Positions 38,646 to 49,100 of a DNA stretch of 64,000 nt are shown here, in pieces (the stretch's first letter is position 1; every line of letters starts with the position of its first letter). The position numbers were made by a program, and so were the translations under genes. The notes under the pieces were generated by a model. The model had not been told where the DNA came from, did not search any database, and saw nothing but the letters and a program-made list of their open reading frames with translations. Source of the stretch: a virus. Taxonomy: Duplodnaviria > Caudoviricetes. The stretch lies in the IMG/VR virus record IMGVR_UViG_3300043104_000334, one strand, 5' to 3'.

Positions 38646-41600
38646 TTAAATAGGACTATACGTTCCATTCTCCTCACGCTCTTCGTCTCTTGCAAGCATA
38701 TCATCAACAGAGTTACTGTCATAATCATCAGAACTATATCTTCTGGATGTTCTTGAATCTCCATAAGCATTATTCTGCTTAGACAGAATTTTCTCTGCAA
38801 TAACATTCTGAGCATGTAGAAGACCAGATGTAATGGAACTGCCAATGTGTGCCCATTCACTAAATCCATTATTTTGCCAATCTTTAATCTCAATGTAGAC
38901 AATTCCACATAAACCAAAAATGTAAGCTATTTGCGTAAGCAACCCAACAGTCAATGCCAACACCGAACCAAATCCATACTCAGAAATTGATAAGGATAAT
39001 TTAAGCATTCCTGCATAAGCATAATTTACCATGACAAGGCAAGCACAGCCTATTAGGTAACCCTCAACGCACTTACTGTCTTTCCTAAATAGGACTTTCC
39101 TGAATACGGAATTTATGAGCAATAGTGCTATAATGATTATCAAACAAATAGGTTTCATCATACTTGTGAGCCACAATAGAACAAGATAGAATGCTGTAAG
39201 GATTACACCAATTGTTCCAGACTCCTCATAAGCAAATCTTGCAAAACTGTAAGAGTAATACTTGTACACAGAACCTCTATCAGCTATCATAAGCCGAATG
39301 ATGTCTCGTGTATCAATATTCATAATCTCAATAGCATTACCAGTATGAATATTGAATACCTGATTGAACTTGATTGATAACTGCAGTGCAAAAACCTTTA
39401 AGAACACTTCATCCGGAATCTTTCCAAGTACGCTCTTATTAGCTGCAATATAGTTTCTTGCATACTCATAAATTTCATTTATCTTAGTCTGCGTTGAATC
39501 ATCCTCAGTTGTACCGGTTGGATACCATCTTGACTGTTTCATCTTGCTTATTTGTTCATCCGTAAATGTACCAGACGTATAAGACATAAGATTTGTTCCA
39601 GTCTGCAGAACTTCATTGAGTCCAAGAATATCATAACCATCGTCCAAGAACTCACTAGAGGTGAGATAAGGTGAGATAATATCATAAGTCATGATATGAC
39701 CATTCGAGCCAACATCCCAAGAATATGCAGTAATATCCTTTGATGTATTATACTCATCAATATTAGCTACAAGCTTATCAAGAAATACATAATAAGGGAT
39801 AGTAAATGAAACTACACTGTCCTTATCGCCAGCTGTACCACTACCGGAACTGCTCGAGTAAGCAATATTAGACAACTGATTCTGTGTCGGATAATACACT
39901 ATACTTGTAGAGTCAAAGATACTTTGAACGTTCATATAGAGTCCATCACCCTTTAACTCAACATTGTCCTGTAATGCCATTGCATTATCAGTTAGCTGAC
40001 TTTCATACAATTCCGTAACTGTACTGTATGTATTATTGAATAGCACCTCACTAATAATTTCCCACCAGTTGACAGATACATCATCCAACTTAACATAAAG
40101 CTCGGTTGTTGTCTCAGGAGTAGTAACACTTGTAATTCCAATTTCGGCACCATCAAAACTCTTAACATAGTTAAGCATCATGATGTATCCAGACTCACTC
40201 GCTAGGAGCTGTTTATTAGCCTTATAGTAAGACCAACTAATAAGGTTAGGAACTACAGTAAGTACAACTAAAACAAGCATACATGTGAATATAAACTTAC
40301 CTACGCTCTTGATTCCAAGATGGTTCTTTACTGCATCTAGATATAAGCTTATTGCTAAACCTACAAGCATCAATGCAAATACAACCTTGAACACATAAAG
40401 AACAATGTACTCAATACCAGTCACAAATGCAAGATTAGGAATAGTTACGATTGAGTTACCACCAGTCTCAGAACCGTTAGCACTAACCACTAAGGCATCG
40501 GTTAATTCTTCAAGCTTATAAGCCATATAAACTCCAGCTTTAGAAATATCCGTTGCTCCTGATAATCCCTCATAATCATAATCAATATATTCGATAGGCG
40601 CACCACGCAAAGTTTCTACAACGAGATTTACAAGTGTTTTAGAATATATTGCTCCAGACGCAGCCTTATTGAAATAGGCATCATTATAAAACAGCTCTTT
40701 GACAATAGTAGAATTCTTGTTAAGATTCTCCCACTGAATAATTGCAGATGATGACTGACCTGATAGAGATGATGTTCTCAACGTAAGCACACCGGACCTG
40801 TCAACAATCATATAGCCACCAGCATTCTCACGCTTTACCTCTTCACCGTACTGTCCAACACTCGTTGTATCTGACGCAGTAATTGTAGACGTTGTATAGA
40901 TTGGATTTCCGTCATCATCATATCCGCTAATGTACTGAACCTGCTGAGTAGTTTCTCCGTTTGACTCATAGGATACACCAGTAAGCCATTCGTACACTTC
41001 ATCGGAGAATTCACCAGTAACAAGCTTGTTTCCATTATTATAATACTCCGACCATCCTACTGTATTAGGATTCCAGTTAGTACCGCATAACGTAGCATTG
41101 CAAGCTGCTGGAATAATGACAAGACCAGATTCGGTAATAATGTTTCCAAACAAGTCACAGAAGATAGGCGCATCCAAATCTAATGCGGAAGCAGAATCAT
41201 TCTTCATTTGGTCTTCCAGATTTGCTAACATACAATAATTGTATATACTCCGCCAGTCAGAAGAAGTCGTACCCGGAGTAGAACAAATTGCCTTACTTGA
41301 TTTGAAGATTGCATTATCTGACGCAAGTGCACGTAAGCATTCATTGTAGAGTTCTGCACTCCTGTATACAGCAGATACTACACCATAGGACTGCTTTACT
41401 GAATACTCATACTCATTAAACACACTGTTCTCACCAATAAGGTCATCATCAGAAAGAACATAAACATCAGCAATACTGGATGTCAACGTAGGTGTGCCTC
41501 CAAGCTTTGTTACACTATTCGCAAGTGTACTTGAATAGTATGTGTTTGAGCCAGTCTTAAGTATCTGTTCAGCACTCAGGTCAAATAAATCACCAACCCA

Positions 41601-44486
41601 ATTCTTGAGTGAATCCCAAGTGTTATCAGTGTTTGTACTTGAACCATTTCGTACAGCTGTGTAATCGAGACTTCCTATAACAGAGCTAATATCTTTAGCA
41701 TTGTAAAAGTTATCATCAACAGTAAGAATGATATCTCTGTCATAGTTTAACAAATCTCTTAACGTAGCAACACGAGTACCTGACACCTCACCTGATACTT
41801 TTGCATTTACAATAGCAGAGTTATCAGTGTTGATATAGAGTGCTTTTCTATAGAATGCGTATTTATAATAGAAATCAGAAATAAAGTCTGTGTCACTAAT
41901 GTACGAAATTGATTCAGCATCATAAAGATTTGTCTCTAACGGAACATACAATGCAGACACTGCAAATCCTTTACACCACTGGTCAGACATTGACTTATCT
42001 TCAATGTTGAAGAAGATGCCAAGAGGTTCATCTATAGAGGACTCTCCTGTAGTGGCTTGTGTATAAATATATGGATTATTTCTCAGCTCATTAAAGAATT
42101 CTTCATGGTCAGAATATATTCCAAGATATTCTTGTATTGCTGTTGTCCATCCACCAGTTTCTGCACTATTCAGAATATCAAGAAATTCACAAAGGTCATG
42201 TAATTCGATAATAGACCTAAGCATGTTTATAGATACTTCATCACCATTTACTTGTAACGTTTCTCCGTCAAGTGAGTCTACTGAATTACCAGTAAACCAT
42301 GAAAACTGTCCATCGATATTACTCACGTAATTAGAATCGCTTGATGAATAATCGCCACCCTTAAAATATTCACGAAGGCCAGCTGGGTCATACTTATTTT
42401 CTTCGCCACCCTCACTAAATGCAGCTACATCAAATGCATAAGACACATCATAAAGTAAACATACAAATTTTGAAAGACCTCCCGCTGTTGATTCGAGGAC
42501 TCCAAGATTTTCCATATTACTTCCAAATAATGTAATACCATCTGGAAGATTTAATGGCCAATATGTATCGTTTAGTCCATCGGAAAATTGTCCTATACTT
42601 TCTAGTATGCTAGCCAATGTTTGATCATATATATTGTAGATACTAGAGCTGTCTTCTGACCCAACACCATATAACTGCGTACCGATAAGATACTGTACAA
42701 GTGTATTACAATTTCTAGCTACATTGTAAACAGAATTTGTATCACGAAGACTGGAGTCTCTATTATTTACTGTTTCAGATATCGTATCTAGTATATTACT
42801 ATTTTCACTAGCAAACGACGTTCCAATATTGGATGAATACTGCTCAGTTGGCACATACCCTGTTAATAATGGTAACAGCTCATTAGAGTTCAATGCATCA
42901 TTGTCATCAATAAACGAACTATATGCAACACCAAGTAAATCTTGTTGAGCAGAAGTAAGACTATCCCATATGTCTTTAATACTACTTTCAGTATCAGTAT
43001 CTTTTTTCGTCCAATTGGTGTACATATATACCCTTTTATCTGAACCATAAACAATATACTTACCAGAATTAAAATTATCACTCGAGCTGCCTGCACAGTA
43101 TATGTTATACCCCAAAATAAACGACATTATAATAAATGAATCTTCACTATTTATTTCTTTATAATCACCTTCAACCTGAATTTGTTCACCAAATTCTTGA
43201 CTTAATCTTGTCGATTCACTTCGAGATACAAATTCATCAGCGTAATACCCTAATATCGAACCTAAATCTGGTGCACAATTTTTAACTAAATTACAAAAAT
43301 TTGGTAAGTAGGTCTTAAAGTCAGAGACACTAACATCAGTCTCACATAAATCACAGAATAAACCCATGAAAAACTGTGTAACATAACCAATAGACGTATC
43401 GTCACTACTAGTTGACGTTAGTGCACTGACACTTGTATCACCGAAGTCTATAAAATCATCCAGTTCAATATCCTTTGGCATACTTACATTATTTTTTAAT
43501 AACCCTCTTGGATTATCTTCATCTTCTTCGTATTGCACAGTAATTGTATTTTCGTCTGTAGTCAGCTTCAATGTATATGGCGTAGATACCATAATGCTCT
43601 GAGCTGAATCATCCCATGTTATGTATTCATTTAAATCAGTATATGTACCAATACTAGATAATGATTGACCATTAAAATCCTGTTGAAAAGCTTCCTTATC
43701 ATATTTAGACTCAAGTAATAACCTTACTGCTGCTTCATCCAATATTACGCTACCATCGGAATTCATATTAGTATTACCTGACCAGTTTGTTACAACTGTA
43801 TCGTTACACGTAATAAGAAAGAAATCTTTTGACTTAAGCGTAAGAAATGCAAAATCATCTTGTTTAGTAGCAATCTTTCCATATTGCAGCACGTATACAA
43901 TTACATAACAGTAAAGCTTGTCTTCTGCATTATAATCACATGACACAATTAATTGGGAAGCTTGATTACTGTCAGACTGATTTGTATAATACCAATAAAT
44001 ACCAGTAGTTGTTCCAAACTCCTCTTGTAACTCTGACTTTTCAGGTAGCCCAGATTCTTTTATATCAACATACCCACCACTTTTTATTTTTATATTAGTA
44101 ATCCGCTGATATATGATATCATAACATGTAGTGCTTGTTCCGTAATCTGAACCATCTGAATTCACAATCAGAGAACCATTTGACTTACCGTTCGAATCTT
44201 TTAAATTACCATCAGTTGTATCCATATACACACTCAGGTCACTTACTGACTTTACTGTAGGGCCGACTGAATTATCAGATTGATATTTTGTCTTATCTGA
44301 TAATGAATATAGCCCAAAATCAACATTCATTCTATCGACGCTTGCAGATTTAGGATCTATTGTATATTCACTAGGTAAATAGGTGGCTGCTTCAACAGTA
44401 ACAGCTTCAGCAAGAATAGGCAGTATCATCATTATAATAATTATGACAATCATTACCCAGCTTATAAGTCTCTTAAATTTTCCCAT
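38646..44486 (-). CDS. Giant (1946 aa) signal-peptide, multi-TM membrane protein; candidate VirB6-like channel component
   Basis: Signal peptide (..VEAA), about 1350-aa extracellular region, 2-TM block, second soluble region, 4-TM C-terminal block. The VirB6 role is inference. Confidence 0.6.
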   Translation of the reverse strand: MGKFKRLISWVMIVIIIIMMILPILAEAVTVEAATYLPSEYTIDPKSASVDRMNVDFGLYSLSDKTKYQSDNSVGPTVKSVSDLSVYMDTTDGNLKDSNGKSNGSLIVNSDGSDYGTSTTCYDIIYQRITNIKIKSGGYVDIKESGLPEKSELQEEFGTTTGIYWYYTNQSDSNQASQLIVSCDYNAEDKLYCYVIVYVLQYGKIATKQDDFAFLTLKSKDFFLITCNDTVVTNWSGNTNMNSDGSVILDEAAVRLLLESKYDKEAFQQDFNGQSLSSIGTYTDLNEYITWDDSAQSIMVSTPYTLKLTTDENTITVQYEEDEDNPRGLLKNNVSMPKDIELDDFIDFGDTSVSALTSTSSDDTSIGYVTQFFMGLFCDLCETDVSVSDFKTYLPNFCNLVKNCAPDLGSILGYYADEFVSRSESTRLSQEFGEQIQVEGDYKEINSEDSFIIMSFILGYNIYCAGSSSDNFNSGKYIVYGSDKRVYMYTNWTKKDTDTESSIKDIWDSLTSAQQDLLGVAYSSFIDDNDALNSNELLPLLTGYVPTEQYSSNIGTSFASENSNILDTISETVNNRDSSLRDTNSVYNVARNCNTLVQYLIGTQLYGVGSEDSSSIYNIYDQTLASILESIGQFSDGLNDTYWPLNLPDGITLFGSNMENLGVLESTAGGLSKFVCLLYDVSYAFDVAAFSEGGEENKYDPAGLREYFKGGDYSSSDSNYVSNIDGQFSWFTGNSVDSLDGETLQVNGDEVSINMLRSIIELHDLCEFLDILNSAETGGWTTAIQEYLGIYSDHEEFFNELRNNPYIYTQATTGESSIDEPLGIFFNIEDKSMSDQWCKGFAVSALYVPLETNLYDAESISYISDTDFISDFYYKYAFYRKALYINTDNSAIVNAKVSGEVSGTRVATLRDLLNYDRDIILTVDDNFYNAKDISSVIGSLDYTAVRNGSSTNTDNTWDSLKNWVGDLFDLSAEQILKTGSNTYYSSTLANSVTKLGGTPTLTSSIADVYVLSDDDLIGENSVFNEYEYSVKQSYGVVSAVYRSAELYNECLRALASDNAIFKSSKAICSTPGTTSSDWRSIYNYCMLANLEDQMKNDSASALDLDAPIFCDLFGNIITESGLVIIPAACNATLCGTNWNPNTVGWSEYYNNGNKLVTGEFSDEVYEWLTGVSYESNGETTQQVQYISGYDDDGNPIYTTSTITASDTTSVGQYGEEVKRENAGGYMIVDRSGVLTLRTSSLSGQSSSAIIQWENLNKNSTIVKELFYNDAYFNKAASGAIYSKTLVNLVVETLRGAPIEYIDYDYEGLSGATDISKAGVYMAYKLEELTDALVVSANGSETGGNSIVTIPNLAFVTGIEYIVLYVFKVVFALMLVGLAISLYLDAVKNHLGIKSVGKFIFTCMLVLVVLTVVPNLISWSYYKANKQLLASESGYIMMLNYVKSFDGAEIGITSVTTPETTTELYVKLDDVSVNWWEIISEVLFNNTYSTVTELYESQLTDNAMALQDNVELKGDGLYMNVQSIFDSTSIVYYPTQNQLSNIAYSSSSGSGTAGDKDSVVSFTIPYYVFLDKLVANIDEYNTSKDITAYSWDVGSNGHIMTYDIISPYLTSSEFLDDGYDILGLNEVLQTGTNLMSYTSGTFTDEQISKMKQSRWYPTGTTEDDSTQTKINEIYEYARNYIAANKSVLGKIPDEVFLKVFALQLSIKFNQVFNIHTGNAIEIMNIDTRDIIRLMIADRGSVYKYYSYSFARFAYEESGTIGVILTAFYLVLLWLTSMMKPICLIIIIALLLINSVFRKVLFRKDSKCVEGYLIGCACLVMVNYAYAGMLKLSLSISEYGFGSVLALTVGLLTQIAYIFGLCGIVYIEIKDWQNNGFSEWAHIGSSITSGLLHAQNVIAEKILSKQNNAYGDSRTSRRYSSDDYDSNSVDDMLARDEEREENGTYSPI

Positions 44487-44501
44487 TATTCCTTACCTCT
44501 C

Positions 44502-44529
44502 TATTGTAAATATTTAAATAGTTACAATA
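44502..44529. promoter_or_regulatory. 28-bp near-perfect palindrome just upstream of the RBS of the 1946-aa gene
   Basis: TATTGTAA-A-TATTTAAATA-G-TTACAATA. Confidence 0.4.
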
Positions 44530-44531
44530 AT

Positions 44532-44559
44532 ATTGGGGATGTAAACATACATCCCCAAT
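44532..44559 (-). terminator. Hairpin after the 515-aa gene
   Basis: ATTGGGGATGTA-AACA-TACATCCCCAAT, 12-bp perfect stem. Confidence 0.7.
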
Positions 44560-44599
44560 TGTGTTGTTTGTTATTTTGTCTTTGATTTCATCGTAATTG

Positions 44600-46147
44600 C
44601 TAGTTCATACTTGATTTCTTAAGCGTATCTGCACTTAGTGTTTTAACTCCAACACACGTTGTTGTATCAACATCAGTCCATGTGCTTAATAAGTATGTCG
44701 GGTTACTGTCAGCTGACTTCGTGAGTCTGAATTCTGTAACACGAACGGTAGTACTTGACTTTCCACTATCACTAGTTATAGCAACTGACCAATCACCAAC
44801 CAAGCTAACTTTTAAGTATGCAAACTTTTGATCTGTACTCATAGCCTTAGATAATCTTTCACGGTCTGATGAACTAAACGATAATAATGGTGTTGCGCTA
44901 CTCGTCTGTGATACAGATGCTGTCTGCAATGTAGCATTAAAAGAAGCAATATCATTACCGTCTGTATCAATTGCGGTAACAGTCACAACTTTTCCAAGTG
45001 TTCCCTTTATGTCCCCAGTACCGTCACCTACCTTGATTGCATTTATAGTCAAGGTAAATGCACCATTGGCTACTTCTGGAACACTACTTATACCACCACA
45101 TACAATAAGGTTAGCAGAACTAATATTTGCAACGGCAACAGGAGTAGCAGTGATTGACCATACCATGTAGTCATCAGAACTTAACAGTGTAGTATGCTGG
45201 CTAGTGAGAATGCTACTTGCCTGTATCCAATATTTATAGCTCATTGTACCATTGGTCGCTTGCGCCGAATATACACCACCATCAATCAGCTTATACGAAT
45301 TTGATACAGACACAGCACTAGACTGAATTGTAGCATTTATAGATACAGAGTAACCCTCATTTGCACCAAGTACTGTTCTACAAGTTTCATTGTCAAATGC
45401 ATCAATAAGGTTCTGTTCAATAACATATGCAACATTCTGAACATTACTCTTATCCATATCACTGTACTTAGTTGCCATGACAGAAACCATATCACTAGCC
45501 ATTGTGTTGATATTCTGTTCAAGTGCATCCTGTGAACCGTCTGTTGACAATGTATAGACTGTAAAGTTATCACTGATGCCTGATACAACCTGTACAGGGT
45601 CAACGTTATTGATTACGGCTGATAAGGCATATGTTGCACCCGAGCCAATCCAGTTTGCAATCTTTGCAGGATAGCCAAAGAAGATAAGCATACCTATGAA
45701 AATCTGTGCCACAAGAAGTGGAATAGACTTCATGAAATATTGTTTCTTATCAACAGGTGCACCATCTTCAAAATCAGTAAGCTGCTTTATATTGGGAATA
45801 AGTCCCAATACGAATGTAAGCAATCCACCGAGTTTCTGTACAGCTGCATTACCACGCCCGGGCACGTTGATACCCTGAATCGTACCAGTAACACCAGCTA
45901 CAGCCTGATTCTTTACATCATCAACCTTATCCCAAAAAGCCGGGTTGACAACATAAAGGCCGGACATAGCATTCTTAAGAATTGAGAAAATTACGATTCC
46001 AAATCCAACAATAGAGATTACCCAACATGAGAACGTTCCAAGGGCACTCACGATATCATTAATTTGATACAGATTACCCTCTGTCCAAGCTTCACTGAAC
46101 AAGTTCTGGCTGGCATCTACTGTGGAAGCTACAGTTGTGAAGTTCAT
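44600..46147 (-). CDS. Membrane protein with N-terminal hydrophobic helices and a Ser/Thr-rich extracellular beta domain
   Basis: TM segments WVISIVGFGIVIFSIL and LLVAQIFIGMLIFFG; C-terminal S/T/V-rich region. Confidence 0.7.
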   Translation of the reverse strand: MNFTTVASTVDASQNLFSEAWTEGNLYQINDIVSALGTFSCWVISIVGFGIVIFSILKNAMSGLYVVNPAFWDKVDDVKNQAVAGVTGTIQGINVPGRGNAAVQKLGGLLTFVLGLIPNIKQLTDFEDGAPVDKKQYFMKSIPLLVAQIFIGMLIFFGYPAKIANWIGSGATYALSAVINNVDPVQVVSGISDNFTVYTLSTDGSQDALEQNINTMASDMVSVMATKYSDMDKSNVQNVAYVIEQNLIDAFDNETCRTVLGANEGYSVSINATIQSSAVSVSNSYKLIDGGVYSAQATNGTMSYKYWIQASSILTSQHTTLLSSDDYMVWSITATPVAVANISSANLIVCGGISSVPEVANGAFTLTINAIKVGDGTGDIKGTLGKVVTVTAIDTDGNDIASFNATLQTASVSQTSSATPLLSFSSSDRERLSKAMSTDQKFAYLKVSLVGDWSVAITSDSGKSSTTVRVTEFRLTKSADSNPTYLLSTWTDVDTTTCVGVKTLSADTLKKSSMN

Positions 46148-46178
46148 TCTTCTACCTCCATTATGTCTACACTAACCA

Positions 46179-49100
46179 TTATAATGTCTTTGCCCATTTC
46201 ATTATTGTACCGTACCACTCTGCGCCCCACATAATTATTCTTATAAGATTTCCATTTAAGAATAGTGCGAATGCTAAGTACAATAGTATACATGGTAGAA
46301 GAACTTTTCTCCAGTTCCAATTGGCTATATTGCGTCCACCAAATGTAAGAACACGAACCGGGTCAATGAACTTGTCACAAAGAATTTGTACTATTTTAAT
46401 ATCCCCAACAAAACTTAATCCAATAAGAATTGTCATAAGGATAATACCAATCATAGGTAATACCTTAAATGCAAATATGATAAGGAAAGACGCTCCCGTA
46501 TCTATTGCAGTTAAGATGTCTGATGTTCCTAAGCCATCCAACCAGTCTTCCAGTGGATTAGTATAGTAATCATCAATTTCAATTTCACTTACTCCTGAAC
46601 CATAATCAACCGTGATTCCACTAGGCTCAATGATAAGTACATCATAGGCTGACGAACGATATACTCTATACGCTTTTGTAGCGCCATCAAGTGCTATAGG
46701 ATTATACTTGGTTGATACAAAGTTAAATAATTTAGTAGTCGAGTCCGATGTACTTGAATTAAGCTTAACTTGCGTTGAACCATAATAAACCTTTGTTGCA
46801 TCAGTTACATATTGAGTAATATCATTTATCTCGATAGTCTCTAACGAGTTACCACCAAACTTATTATAAATACCAGTTGGTGCAGGAATGAAATAGTTTA
46901 CAGAACTTGAGTCTTCATATGTTGTTGTTACACCTAATGAAGTATCAAACTTCTGTAAGAACGGTAAGATATTTGTTGTTGTCTCGGCATCAGTATACTG
47001 ATCACCAAGTTTTGCCACATCACTTGTGGTTATACCTTTATAGGCTGTTCCATCAATACGTATGTAAGGTGAATCTGACTTATCAGATAATGTAACACCA
47101 TACGGCAAAGACTTACCAGTTTTCCTAGTATTGTCTTTGAACTTTACTGCTGTACCATAATAGTTAAGATTATAGTTAATAATCTTAGGGTTAGCACTAT
47201 TTGACGTATCCAGAGCCAATGGCAATAGGTATTCGCCCTCAAGATATTTCTTTAAGGTGAATTCTGAGTTGCTAGGTAGATTGTAAATATATCCAATACT
47301 ATCCACCCAGTATATAGCACCCGCATCATTTGATGTAAGAGCAACATTCGTATTACCAGTCTCATCAGTGGTATTCCAACCACAACAGTTTGAAATAGAC
47401 TGGTCGGTGAGATCAAATCTACGAATCACATAATCTGCTGAGAAATAATACTTACCAGTGTAAGAATAGAGATTAGCAATTGCATCATAAGTCATCTTAA
47501 GATACCATGGCATACTCTCATCATCAGCATCATATCCATAGACATTTTTTAACTGTTGTTTTAGAGAAACGGTTGACGAAGTATATGACAAGGATGCTTC
47601 TTCAACCTTGGATGCCAAATCACTCCATCGTGTATCAGCATCCTCAGGTGCACTCACTTTTTGTTTAGTGTCACTGCCCTTGTCAACAAATCCATTCTCG
47701 AACGCAGTTCTTAAATAATAAACATATAGTTGTGCTACTGCACCATCTTCTGTATCTTTTATGAAACATAGGTAGTTTGCAGTAGGTACAAATGTTGATA
47801 AACGCAATCTGGAGATATCACTTGAATCTTCCCAATAGGTATATCCATCAAGAGATTCACCATCGTAGATTGTGCTCTTAATCATATTAAGAGAACAAGC
47901 TGCACTTGTAGATACAGCATCGGAAGTAGTGATACTACTTACTTCCGGATAATTGTAGCAAGCAACATCAACAGTATTGAACCAGTCACTTGAAACACCA
48001 CTTGTATCAAGGTCATAGATAACACAATCTGCAACACCAAGATTACTCTGGAAAGTTTCGGTCTTAGTGTCATTAACTGTGTAACTATTTCTAACGATAC
48101 CCATTACACAGCGGTAATCAAAGTACATCTCATTATCCTGTTCACTATCAATGTAAACAAGAGTAGGAGCTGAACCATTGTCATACATAAGGTCATACAG
48201 AGTATTACCAATCTGTATAGTATGCTGTGTATCATTTACAATAACCTGACCCTCAGTAGTCATGAAATAGTAAGCACCATTATCACGTAATTTTGGCTGT
48301 CCATCAGATGTAGTAACTACAACATAGCCAGATGCTACCATATCACTCCATGAAATAAGAATCTGTTGATTCCTATCCATGATAGTTGTTGTTGCAACTG
48401 ATGTTTCAATAGATGTTGCAGACTCACTAGTATCTGCATCTGTAGATGTGTCAGCAGCGATTTCTCCTAAGTCCTCACTAACGGCTTTTAACGCAGATTC
48501 AGTACCGTATACTGTATAGGCAGAACCATTATACGTTGCACCAATAATACCCTGCGAAATAAGATTGGAAATATATGTATCGTCTGAAGAACTGTAAAAC
48601 TTTGTAAGATTCTCTTTTAAAAATGCTTTATAATCTCCGCTCACTGCTGCACTATAATTGGTCGAATCAAACGCAACAGATACTTGTTGATTGTTACTGT
48701 TATCCGTGTAGTCAGCCATATAAGACTCTGGGTACATGCCAAGCAGAAATTGGGTAAGAAAAGTATTATACGTTTTCTCCACAGTGTATGCATCTACATT
48801 TGACGTTCTACGTGTACTCGACGAAAAAGATGACTTACTTTTTTCACGCAATGTATCCCAAAACTTAGAATTAAGACTAGTTGAATCATCTGCATGAAAG
48901 TAAGCCTGAAATCCAGTAAGCAGTGAATTAGACATCAGACTAGACTGTATAAATGAAACCATCGTACCATTGTTATCACCAATGTAATTAAATTTCATTC
49001 TTGTACCATATTCATATATGGTACTGAGTCTATTTAATAGCTTAACATCTGCAGACGATGGTATACTCACAGTACTATTCGTAACAAATGCACTATCAGA

